Source: Balanoglossus misakiensis
Lineage: Eukaryota; Animalia; Hemichordata
Assembly (NCBI GenBank): GCA_040954595.2
Contig: CM082587.2
Coordinates: forward strand, 276,517-340,516
Reading direction: 5' to 3'
Length of the DNA stretch: 64,000 nucleotides
The notes beneath the pieces were generated by a model. The model saw only the letters and a list, made by a program, of their open reading frames with translations, ran no database searches and had not been told where the DNA came from. This document shows positions 42,797 through 55,447 of the stretch, one piece after another (within the stretch, counting starts at the first letter, position 1; every line of letters starts with the position of its first letter). A program made the position numbers and the translations under genes.

Positions 42797-45700
42797 CGCA
42801 AACTCGAAAAATCCTCGATTTTTGACGATTTTCCTGAGCTATAACCCATGGTTTTTTCAAAAAATGACCAAATTTTGAAAATTCGCAAACTCGAAAAATC
42901 CTCGATTTTTGACGATTTTCCTGAGCTATAACCCATGGTTTTTTAAAAAAATGACCAAATTTTGAAAATTCGCAAACTCGAAAAATCCTCGATTTTTGAC
43001 GATTTTCCTGAGCTATAACCCATGGTTTTTTCAAAAAATGACCAAATTTTGAAAATTCGCAAACTCGAAAAATCCTCGATTTTTGACGATTTTCCTGAGC
43101 TATAACCCATGGTTTTTTCAAAAAATGACCAAATTTTGAAAATTCGCAAACTCGAAAAATCCTCGATTTTTGACGATTTTCCTGAGCTATAACCCATGGT
43201 TTTTTCAAAAAATGACCAAATTTTGAAAATTCGCAAACTCCAAAAATCCTCGATTTTTGACGATTTTCCTGAGCTATAACCCATGGTTTTTTCAAAAAAT
43301 GACCAAATTTTGAAAATTCGCAAACTCCAAAAATCCTCGATTTTTGACGATTTTCCTGAGCTATAACCCATGGTTTTTTCAAAAAATGACCAAATTTTGA
43401 AAATTCGCAAACTCCAAAAATCCTCGATTTTTGACGATTTTCCTGAGCTATAACCCATGGTTTTTTCAAAAAATGACCAAATTTTGAAAATTCGCAAACT
43501 CGAAAAATCCTCGATTTTTGACGATTTTCCTGAGCTATAACCCATGGTTTTTTCAAAAAATGACCAAATTTTGAAAATTCGCAAACTCGAAAAATCCTCG
43601 ATTTTTGACGATTTTCCTGAGCTATAACCCATGGTTTTTTCAAAAAATGACCAAATTTTGAAAATTCGCAAACTCGAAAAATCCTCGATTTTTGACGATT
43701 TTCCTGAGCTATAACCCATGGTTTTTTCAAAAAATGACCAAATTTTGAAAATTCGCAAACTCGAAAAATCCTCGATTTTTGACGATTTACCTGAGCTATA
43801 ACCCATGGTTTTTTCAAAAAATGACCAAATTTTGAAAATTCGCAAACTCGAAAAATCCTCGATTTTTGACGATTTTCCTGAGCTATAACCCATGGTTTTT
43901 TTCAAAAAATGACCAAATTTTGAAAATTCGCAAACTCGAAAAATCCTCGATTTTTGACGATTTTCTTGAGCTATAACCCATGGTTTTTTCAAAAAATGAC
44001 CAAATTTTGAAAATTCGCAAACTCGAAAAATCCTCGATTTTTGACGATTTTCCTGAGCTATAACCCATGGTTTTTTCAAAAAATGACCAAATTTTGAAAA
44101 TTCGCAAACTCGAAAAATCCTCGATTTTTGACGATTTTCCTGAGCTATAACCCATGGTTTTTTCAAAAAATGACCAAATTTTGAAAATTCGCAAACTCGA
44201 AAAATCCTCGATTTTTGACGATTTTCCTGAGCTATAACCCATGGTTTTTTCAAAAAATGACCAAATTTTGAAAATTCGCAAACTCCAAAAATCCTCGATT
44301 TTTGACGATTTTCCTGAGCTATAACCCATGGTTTTTTCAAAAAATGACCAAATTTTGAAAATTCGCAAACTCCAAAAATCCTCGATTTTTGACGATTTTC
44401 CTGAGCTATAACCCATGGTTTTTTCAAAAAATGACCAAATTTTGAAAATTCGCAAACTCCAAAAATCCTCGATTTTTGACGATTTTCCTGAGCTATAACC
44501 CATGGTTTTTTCAAAAAATGACCAAATTTTGAAAATTCGCAAACTCCAAAAATCCTCGATTTTTGACGATTTTCCTGAGCTATAACCCATGGTTTTTTCA
44601 AAAAATGACCAAATTTTGAAAATTCGCAAACTCGAAAAATCCTCGATTTTTGACGATTTTCCTGAGCTATAACCCATGGTTTTTTCAAAAAATGACCAAA
44701 TTTTGAAAATTCGCAAACTCGAAAAATCCTCGATTTTTGACGATTTTCCTGAGCTATAACCCATGGTTTTTTCAAAAAATGACCAAATTTTGAAAATTCG
44801 CAAACTCGAAAAATCCTCGATTTTTGACGATTTTCCTGAGCTATAACCCATGGTTTTTTCAAAAAATGACCAAATTTTGAAAATTCGCAAACTCGAAAAA
44901 TCCTCGATTTTTGACGATTTTCCTGAGCTATAACCCATGGTTTTTTCAAAAAATGACCAAATTTTCAAAATTCGCAAACTCGAAAAATCCTCGATTTTTG
45001 ACGATTTTCCTGAGCTATAACCCATGGTTTTTTTCAAAAAATGACCAAATTTTGAAAATTCGCAAACTCGAAAAATCCTCGATTTTTGACGATTTTCTTG
45101 AGCTATAACCCATGGTTTTTTCAAAAAATGACCAAATTTTGAAAATTCGCAAACTCGAAAAATCCTCGATTTTTGACGATTTTCCTGAGCTATAACCCAT
45201 GGTTTTTTCAAAAAATGACCAAATTTTGAAAATTCGCAAACTCGAAAAATCCTCGAATTTTGACGATTTTCCTGAGCTATAACCCATGGTTTTTTCAAAA
45301 AATGACCAAATTTTGAAAATTCGCAAACTCGAAAAATCCTCGATTTTTGACGATTTTCCTGAGCTATAACCCATGGTTTTTTCAAAAAATGACCAAATTT
45401 TGAAAATTCGCAAACTCGAAAAATCCTCGATTTTTGACGATTTTCCTGAGCTATAACCCATGGTTTTTTCAAAAAATGACCAAATTTTGAAAATTCGCAA
45501 ACTCGAAAAATCCTCGATTTTTGACGATTTTCCTGAGCTATAACCCATGGTTTTTTCAAAAAATGACCAAATTTTGAAAATTCGCAAACTCCAAAAATCC
45601 TCGATTTTTGACGATTTTCCTGAGCTATAACCCATGGTTTTTTCAAAAAATGACCAAATTTTGAAAATTCGCAAACTCCAAAAATCCTCGATTTTTGACG

Positions 45701-48700
45701 ATTTTCCTGAGCTATAACCCATGGTTTTTTCAAAAAATGACCAAATTTTGAAAATTCGCAAACTCGAAAAATCCTCGATTTTTGACGATTTTCCTGAGCT
45801 ATAACCCATGGTTTTTTCAAAAAATGACCAAATTTTGAAAATTCGCAAACTCGAAAAATCCTCGATTTTTGACGATTTTCCTGAGCTATAACCCATGGTT
45901 TTTTCAAAAAATGACCAAATTTTGAAAATTCGCAAACTCCAAAAATCCTCGATTTTTGACGATTTTCCTGAGCTATAACCCATGGTTTTTTCAAAAAATG
46001 ACCAAATTTTGAAAATTCGCAAACTCCAAAAATCCTCGATTTTTGACGATTTTCCTGAGCTATAACCCATGGTTTTTTCAAAAAATGACCAAATTTTGAA
46101 AATTCGCAAACTCCAAAAATCCTCGATTTTTGACGATTTTCCTGAGCTATAACCCATGGTTTTTTCAAAAAATGACCAAATTTTGAAAATTCGCAAACTC
46201 CAAAAATCCTCGATTTTTGACGATTTTCCTGAGCTATAACCCATGGTTTTTTCAAAAAATGACCAAATTTTGAAAATTCGCAAACTCGAAAAATCCTCGA
46301 TTTTTGACGATTTTCCTGAGCTATAACCCATGGTTTTTTCAAAAAATGACCAAATTTTGAAAATTCGCAAACTCGAAAAATCCTCGATTTTTGACGATTT
46401 TCCTGAGCTATAACCCATGGTTTTTTCAAAAAATGACCAAATTTTGAAAATTCGCAAACTCGAAAAATCCTCGATTTTTGACGATTTTCCTGAGCTATAA
46501 CCCATGGTTTTTTCAAAAAATGACCAAATTTTGAAAATTCGCAAACTCGAAAAATCCTCGATTTTTGACGATTTTCCTGAGCTATAACCCATGGTTTTTT
46601 CAAAAAATGACCAAATTTTCAAAATTCGCAAACTCGAAAAATCCTCGATTTTTGACGATTTTCCTGAGCTATAACCCATGGTTTTTTTCAAAAAATGACC
46701 AAATTTTGAAAATTCGCAAACTCGAAAAATCCTCGATTTTTGACGATTTTCTTGAGCTATAACCCATGGTTTTTTCAAAAAATGACCAAATTTTGAAAAT
46801 TCGCAAACTCGAAAAATCCTCGATTTTTGACGATTTTCCTGAGCTATAACCCATGGTTTTTTCAAAAAATGACCAAATTTTGAAAATTCGCAAACTCGAA
46901 AAATCCTCGAATTTTGACGATTTTCCTGAGCTATAACCCATGGTTTTTTCAAAAAATGACCAAATTTTGAAAATTCGCAAACTCGAAAAATCCTCGATTT
47001 TTGACGATTTTCCTGAGCTATAACCCATGGTTTTTTCAAAAAATGACCAAATTTTGAAAATTCGCAAGAAAAATCCTCGATTTTTGACGATTTTCCTGAG
47101 CTATAACCCATGGTTTTTTCAAAAAATGACCAAATTTTGAAAATTCGCAAACTCGAAAAATCCTCGATTTTTGACGATTTTCCTGAGCTATAACCCATGG
47201 TTTTTTCAAAAAATGACCAAATTTTGAAAATTCGCAAACTCCAAAAAATCCTCGATTTTTGACGATTTTCCTGAGCTATAACCCATGGTTTTTTCAAAAA
47301 ATGACCAAATTTTGAAAATTCGCAAACTCCAAAAAATCCTCGATTTTTGACGATTTTCCTGAGCTATAACCCATGGTTTTTTCAAAAAATGACCAAATTT
47401 TGAAAATTCGCAAACTCGAAAAATCCTCGATTTTTGACGATTTTCCTGAGCTATAACCCATGGTTTTTTCAAAAAATGACCAAATTTTGAAAATTCGCAA
47501 ACTCGAAAAATCCTCGATTTTTGACGATTTTCCTGAGCTATAACCCATGGTTTTTTCAAAAAATGACCAAATTTTGAAAATTCGCAAACTCGAAAAATCC
47601 TCGATTTTTGACGATTTTCCTGAGCTATAACCCATGGTTTTTTCAAAAATGACCAAATTTTGAAAATTCGCAAACTCGAAAAATCCTCGATTTTTGACGA
47701 TTTTCCTGAGCTATAACCCATGGTTTTTTCAAAAAATGACCAAATTTTCAAAATTCGCAAACTCGAAAAATCCTCGATTTTTGACGATTTTCCTGAGCTA
47801 TAACCCATGGTTTTTTCAAAAAATGACCAAATTTTCAAAATTCGCAAACTCGAAAAATCCTCGATTTTTGACGATTTTCCTGAGCTATAACCCATGGTTT
47901 TTTCAAAAATGACCAAATTTTTGCAAAATTCGCAAACTCGAAAAATCCTCGATTTTTGACGATTTTCCTGAGCTATAACCCATGGTTTTTTCAAAAAATG
48001 ACCAAATTTTGAAAATTCGCAAACTCGAAAAATCCTCGATTTTTGACGATTTTCCTGAGCTATAACCCATGGTTTTTTCAAAAAAATGACCAAATTTTCA
48101 AAAATTCGCAAACTCGAAAAATCCTCGATTTTTGACGATTTTCCTGAGCTATAACCCATGGTTTTTTTCAAAAAATGACCAAATTTTGAAAATTCGCAAA
48201 CTCGAAAAATCCTCGATTTTTGACGATTTTCCTGAGCTATAACCCATGGTTTTTTCAAAAAATGACCAAATTTTGAAAATTCGCAAACTCGAAAAATCCT
48301 CGATTTTTGACGATTTTCCTGAGCTATAACCCATGTTTTTTTCAAAAAATGACCAAATTTTGAAAATTCGCAAACTCGACAAATCCTCGATTTTTGACGA
48401 TTTTCCTGAGCTATAACCCATGGTTTTTTCAAAAAATGACCAAATTTTGAAAATTCGCAAACTCGAAAAATCCTCGATTTTTGACGATTTTCCTGAGCTA
48501 TAACCCATGGTTTTTTCAAAAAATGACCAAATTTTGAAAATTCGCAAACTCCAAAAATCCTCGATTTTTGACGATTTTCCTGAGCTATAACCCATGGTTT
48601 TTTCAAAAAATGACCAAATTTTGAAAATTCGCAAACTCCAAAAATCCTCGATTTTTGACGATTTTCCTGAGCTATAACCCATGGTTTTTTCAAAAAATGA

Positions 48701-51700
48701 CCAAATTTTGAAAATTCGCAAACTCCAAAAATCCTCGATTTTTGACGATTTTCCTGAGCTATAACCCATGGTTTTTTCAAAAAATGACCAAATTTTGAAA
48801 ATTCGCAAACTCCAAAATCCTCGATTTTTGACGATTTTCCTGAGCTATAACCCATGGTTTTTTCAAAAAATGACCAAATTTTGAAAATTCGCAAACTCCA
48901 AAAATCCTCGATTTTTGACGATTTTCCTGAGCTATAACCCATGGTTTTTTTCAAAAAATGACCAAATTTTGAAAATTCGCAAACTCGAAAAATCCTCGAT
49001 TTTTGACGATTTTCCTGAGCTATAACCCATGGTTTTTTCAAAAAATGACCAAATTTTGAAAATTCGCAAACTCGAAAAATCCTCGATTTTTGACGATTTT
49101 CCTGAGCTATAACCCATGGTTTTTTCAAAAAATGACCAAATTTTGAAAATTCGCAAACTCGAAAAATCCTCGATTTTTGACGATTTTCCTGAGCTATAAC
49201 CCATGGTTTTTTCAAAAAATGACCAAATTTTGAAAATTCGCAAACTCGAAAAATCCTCGATTTTTGACGATTTACCTGAGCTATAACCCATGGTTTTTTC
49301 AAAAATGACCAAATTTTGAAAATTCGCAAACTCGAAAAATCCTCGATTTTGACGATTTTCCTGAGCTATAACCCATGGTTTTTTAAAAAAATGACCAAAT
49401 TTTGAAAATTTGCAAACTCGAAAAATCCTCGATTTTTGACGATTTTCCTGAGCTATAACCCATGGTTTTTTCAAAAAATGACCAAATTTTGAAAATTCGC
49501 AAACTCGAAAAATCCTCGATTTTTGACGATTTTCCTGAGCTATAACCCATGGTTTTTTCAAAAAATGACCAAATTTTGAAAATTCGCAAACTCGAAAAAT
49601 CCTCGATTTTTGACGATTTTCCTGAGCTATAACCCATGGTTTTTTCAAAAAATGACCAAATTTTGAAAATTCGCAAACTCGAAAAATCCTCGATTTTTGA
49701 CGATTTTCCTGAGCTATAACCCATGGTTTTTTCAAAAAATGACCAAATTTTGAAAATTCGCAAACTCGAAAAATTCTCGATTTTTGACGATTTTCCTGAG
49801 CTATAACCCATGGTTTTTTCAAAAAATGACCAAATTTTGAAAATTCGCAAACTCGAAAAATCCTCGATTTTTGACGATTTTCCTGAGCTATAACCCATGG
49901 TTTTTTCAAAAATGACCAAATTTTGAAAATTCGCAAACTCGACAAATCCTCGATTTTTGACGATTTTCCTGAGCTATAACCCATGGTTTTTCAAAAAATG
50001 ACCAAATTTTGAAAATTCGCAAACTCGAAAAATCCTCGATTTTTGACGATTTTCCTGAGCTATAACCCATGGTTTTTTCAAAAAATGACCAAATTTTGAA
50101 AATTCGCAAACTCCAAAAATCCTCGATTTTTGACGATTTCCTGAGCTATAACCCATGGTTTTTCAAAAAATGACCAAATTTTGAAAATTCGCAAACTCCA
50201 AAAATCCTCGATTTTTGACGATTTTCCTGAGCTATAACCCATGGTTTTTTCAAAAATGACCAATTTTGAAAATTCGCAAACTCCAAAAATCCTCGATTTT
50301 TGACGATTTTCCTGAGCTATAACCCATGGTTTTTTCAAAAAATGACCAAATTTTGAAAATTCGCAAACTCCAAAATCCTCGATTTTTGACGATTTTCCTG
50401 AGCTATAACCCATGGTTTTTTCAAAAAATGACCAAATTTTGAAAATTCGCAAACTCGAAAATCCTCGATTTTTGACGATTTTCCTGAGCTATAACCCATG
50501 GTTTTTTCAAAAAATGACCAAATTTTGAAAATTCGCAAACTCGAAAAATCCTCGATTTTTGACGATTTTCCTGAGCTATAACCCATGGTTTTTTTCAAAA
50601 AATGACCAAATTTTGAAAATTCGCAAACTCGAAAAATCCTCGATTTTTGACGATTTTCCTGAGCTATAACCCATGGTTTTTTTCAAAAAATGACCAAATT
50701 TTGAAAATTCGCAAACTCGAAAAATCCTCGATTTTTGACGATTTTCCTGAGCTATAACCCATGGTTTTTTCAAAAAATGACCAAATTTTGAAAATTCGCA
50801 AACTCGAAAAATCCTCGATTTTTGACGATTTCCTGAGCTATAACCCATGGTTTTTTCAAAAAATGACCAAATTTTGAAAATTCGCAAACTCGAAAAATCC
50901 TCGATTTTGACGATTTTCCTGAGCTATAACCCATGGTTTTTTCAAAAAATGACCAAATTTTGAAAATTCGCAAACTCGAAAAATCCTCGATTTTTGACGA
51001 TTTTCCTGAGCTATAACCCATGGTTTTTTCAAAAATGACCAAATTTTGAAAATTCGCAAACTCGAAAAATCCTCGATTTTTGACGATTTCCTGAGCTATA
51101 ACCCATGGTTTTTTCAAAAAATGACCAAATTTTGAAAATTCGCAAACTCGAAAAATCCTCGATTTTTGACGATTTTCCTGAGCTATAACCCATGGTTTTT
51201 CAAAAAATGACCAAATTTTGAAAATTCGCAACTCGAAAAATCTCGATTTTTGACGATTTTCTGAGCTATAACCCATGGTTTTTTCAAAAAATGACCAAAT
51301 TTTGAAAATTCGCAAACACGAAAAATCCTCGATTTTTGACGATTTTCCTGAGCTATAACCCATGGTTTTTTCAAAAAATGACCAAATTTTGAAAATTCGC
51401 AAACTCGAAAAATCCTCGATTTTTGACGATTTTCTTGAGCTATAACCCATGGTTTTTTCAAAAAATGACCAAATTTTGAAAATTCGCAAACTCGAAAAAT
51501 CCTCGATTTTTGACGATTTTCCTGAGCTATAACCCATGGTTTTTTCAAAAAATGACCAAATTTTGAAAATTCGCAAACTCGAAAAATCCTCGATTTTGAC
51601 GATTTTCCTGAGCTATAACCCATGGTTTTTTCAAAAAATGACCAAATTTTGAAAATTCGCAAACTCGAAAAATCCTCGATTTTTGACGATTTTCCTGAGC

Positions 51701-54700
51701 TATAACCCATGGTTTTTTTCAAAAAATGACCAAATTTTGAAAATTCGCAAACTCGAAAAATCCTCGATTTTTGACGATTTTCCTGAGCTATAACCCATGG
51801 TTTTTTCAAAAAATGACCAAATTTTGAAAATTCGCAAACTCGAAAAATCCTCGATTTTTGACGATTTTCCTGAGCTATAACCCATGGTTTTTTCAAAAAA
51901 TGACCAAATTTTGAAAATTCGCAAACTCCAAAAATCCTCGATTTTTGACGATTTTCCTGAGCTATAACCCATGGTTTTTTCAAAAAATGACCAAATTTTG
52001 AAAATTCGCAAACTCGAAAAATCCTCGATTTTTGACGATTTTCCTGAGCTATAACCCATGGTTTTTTCAAAAAATGACCAAATTTTGAAAATTCGCAAAC
52101 TCGAAAAATCCTCGATTTTTGACGATTTTCCTGAGCTATAACCCATGTTTTTTCAAAAAATGACCAAATTTTGAAAATTCGCAAACTCGAAAAATCCTCG
52201 ATTTTTGACGATTTTCCTGAGCTATAACCCATGGGTTTTTTCAAAAAATGACCAAATTTGAAAATTCGCAAACTCGAAAAATCCTCGATTTTTGACGATT
52301 TTCCTGAGCTATAACCCATGGTTTTTTCAAAAAATGACCAAATTTTGAAAATTCGCAAACTCGAAAAATCCTCGATTTTTGACGATTTTCCTGAGCTATA
52401 ACCCATGGTTTTTTCAAAAAATGACCAAATTTTCAAAATTCGCAAACTCGAAAAATCCTCGATTTTTGACGATTTTCCTGAGCTATAACCCATGGTTTTT
52501 TCAAAAAATGACCAAATTTTCAAAATTCGCAAACTCGAAAAATCCTCGATTTTTGACGATTTTCCTGAGCTATAACCCATGGTTTTTTCAAAAAATGACC
52601 AAATTTTCAAAATTCGCAAACTCGAAAAATCCTCGATTTTTGACGATTTTCCTGAGCTATAACCCATGGTTTTTTCAAAAAATGACCAAATTTTCAAAAT
52701 TCGCAAACTCGAAAAATCCTCGATTTTTGACGATTTTCCTGAGCTATAACCCATGGTTTTTTCAAAAAATGACCAAATTTTGAAAATTCGCAAACTCGAA
52801 AAATCCTCGATTTTTGACGATTTTCCTGAGCTATAACCCATGGTTTTTTTCAAAAAAATGACCAAATTTTGAAAATTTCGCAAACTCGAAAAATCCTCGA
52901 TTTTTGACGATTTTCCTGAGCTATAACCCATGGTTTTTTTCAAAAAATAACCAAATTTTGAAAATTCGCAAACTCGAAAAATCCTCGATTTTTGACGATT
53001 TTCCTGAGCTATAACCCATGGTTTTTTCAAAAAATGACCAAATTTTGAAAATTCGCAAACTCGAAAAATCCTCGATTTTTGACGATTTTCCTGAGCTATA
53101 ACCCATGGTTTTTTCAAAAAATGACCAAATTTTGAAAATTCGCAAACTCGAAAAATCCTCGATTTTTGACGATTTTCCTGAGCTATAACCCATGGTTTTT
53201 TCAAAAAATGACCAAATTTTGAAAATCGCAAACTCGAAAAATCCTCGATTTTTGACGATTTTCCTGAGCTATAACCCATGGTTTTTTCAAAAAATGACCA
53301 AATTTTGAAAATTCGCAAACTCGAAAAATCCTCGATTTTTGACGATTTTCCTGAGCTATAACCCATGGTTTTTTCAAAAAATGACCAAATTTTGAAAATT
53401 CGCAAACTCGAAAAATCCTCGATTTTTGACGATTTTCCTGAGCTATAACCCATGGTTTTTTCAAAAAATGACCAAATTTTGAAAATTCGCAAACTCGAAA
53501 AATCCTCGATTTTTGACGATTTTCCTGAGCTATAACCCATGGTTTTTCAAAAAATGACCAAATTTTGAAAATTCGCAAACTCGAAAAATCCTCGATTTTT
53601 GACGATTTTCCTGAGCTATAACCCATGGTTTTTTCAAAAAATGACCAAATTTTGAAAATTCGCAAACTCGAAAAATCCTCGATTTTGACGATTTTCCTGA
53701 GCTATAACCCATGGTTTTTTCAAAAAATGACCAAATTTTAAAATTCGCAAACTCGAAAAATCCTCGATTTTTGACGATTTTCCTGAGCTATAACCCATGG
53801 TTTTTTCAAAAAATGACCAAATTTTGAAAATTCGCAAACTCGAAAAATCCTCGATTTTTGACGATTTTCCTGAGCTATAACCCATGGTTTTTTCAAAAAA
53901 TGACCAAATTTGAAAATTCGCAAACTCGAAAAATCCTCGATTTTTGACGATTTTCCTGAGCTATAACCCATGGTTTTTTCAAAAAATGACCAAATTTTGA
54001 AAATTCGCAAACTCGAAAAATCCTCGATTTTTGACGATTTTCCTGAGCTATAACCCATGGTTTTTTCAAAAAATGACCAAATTTTGAAAATTCGCAAACT
54101 CGAAAAATCCTCGATTTTTGACGATTTTCTGAGCTATAACCCATGGTTTTTTCAAAAAAATGACCAAATTTTCAAAATTCGCAAACTCGAAAAATCCTCG
54201 ATTTTTGACGATTTTCCTGAGCTATAACCCATGGTTTTTTCAAAAAATGACCAAATTTTAAAAATTCGCAAACTCGACAAATCCTCGATTTTTGACGATT
54301 TTCCTGAGCTATAACCCATGGTTTTTTCAAAAAATGACCAAATTTTGAAAATTCGCAAACTCGAAAAATCCTCGATTTTTGACGATTTTCCTGAGCTATA
54401 ACCCATGGTTTTTTCAAAAATGACCAAATTTTGAAAATTCGCAAACTCGAAAAATCCTCGATTTTTGACGATTTTCCTGAGCTATAACCCATGGTTTTTT
54501 CAAAAATGACCAAATTTTGAAAATTCGCAAACTCGAAAAATCCTCGATTTTTGACGATTTTCCTGAGCTATAACCCATGGTTTTTTCAAAAAATGACCAA
54601 ATTTTGAAAATTCGCAAACTCGAAAAATTCTCGATTTTTGACGATTTTCCTGAGCTATAACCCATGGTTTTTTCAAAAAATGACCAAATTTTGAAAATTC

Positions 54701-55447
54701 GCAAACTCGAAAAATCCTCGATTTTGACGATTTTCCTGAGCTATAACCCATGGTTTTTTCAAAAAATGACCAAATTTTGAAAATTCGCAAACTCGAAAAA
54801 TCCTCGATTTTTGACGATTTTCCTGAGCTATAACCCATGGTTTTTTCAAAAAATGACCAAATTTTGAAAATTCGCAAACTCGAAAAATCCTCGATTTTTG
54901 ACGATTTTCCTGAGCTATAACCCATGGTTTTTTCAAAAAATGACCAAATTTTGAAAATTCGCAAACTCGAAAAATCCTCGATTTTGACGATTTTCCTGAG
55001 CTATAACCCATGGTTTTTTTCAAAAAATGACCAAATTTTGAAAATTCGCAAACTCGAAAAATCCTCGATTTTTGACGATTTTCCTGAGCTATAACCCATG
55101 GTTTTTTCAAAAAATGACCAAATTTTGAAAATTCGCAAACTCGAAAAATCCTCGATTTTTGACGATTTTCCTGAGCTATAACCCATGGTTTTTTCAAAAA
55201 ATGACCAAATTTTGAAAATTCGCAAACTCGAAAAATCCTCGATTTTTGACGATTTTCCTGAGCTATAACCCATGGTTTTTCAAAAAATGACCAAATTTTG
55301 AAAATTCGCAAACTCGAAAAATCCTCGAATTTTGACGATTTTCCTGAGCTATAACCCATGGTTTTTTTCAAAATATGACCAAATTTTGAAAATTCGCAAA
55401 CTCGAAAAATCCTCGATTTTTGACGATTTTCCTGAGCTATAACCCAT
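42797..55447 (+). repeat. Satellite DNA array, 87-bp monomer GAGCTATAACCCATGGTTTTTTCAAAAAATGACCAAATTTTGAAAATTCGCAAACTCGAAAAATCCTCGATTTTTGACGATTTTCCT, ~145 copies, forward orientation
   Basis: Period 87 (e.g. GAGCT at 42836, 42923); monomers near-identical, with a few recurrent variants. Confidence 0.98.

Noticed and set aside
42880-42900. Possible CENP-B box (TTCGCAAACTCGAAA)
   Set aside because: Does not fit TTCGNNNNANNCGGG in spacing or sequence on either strand
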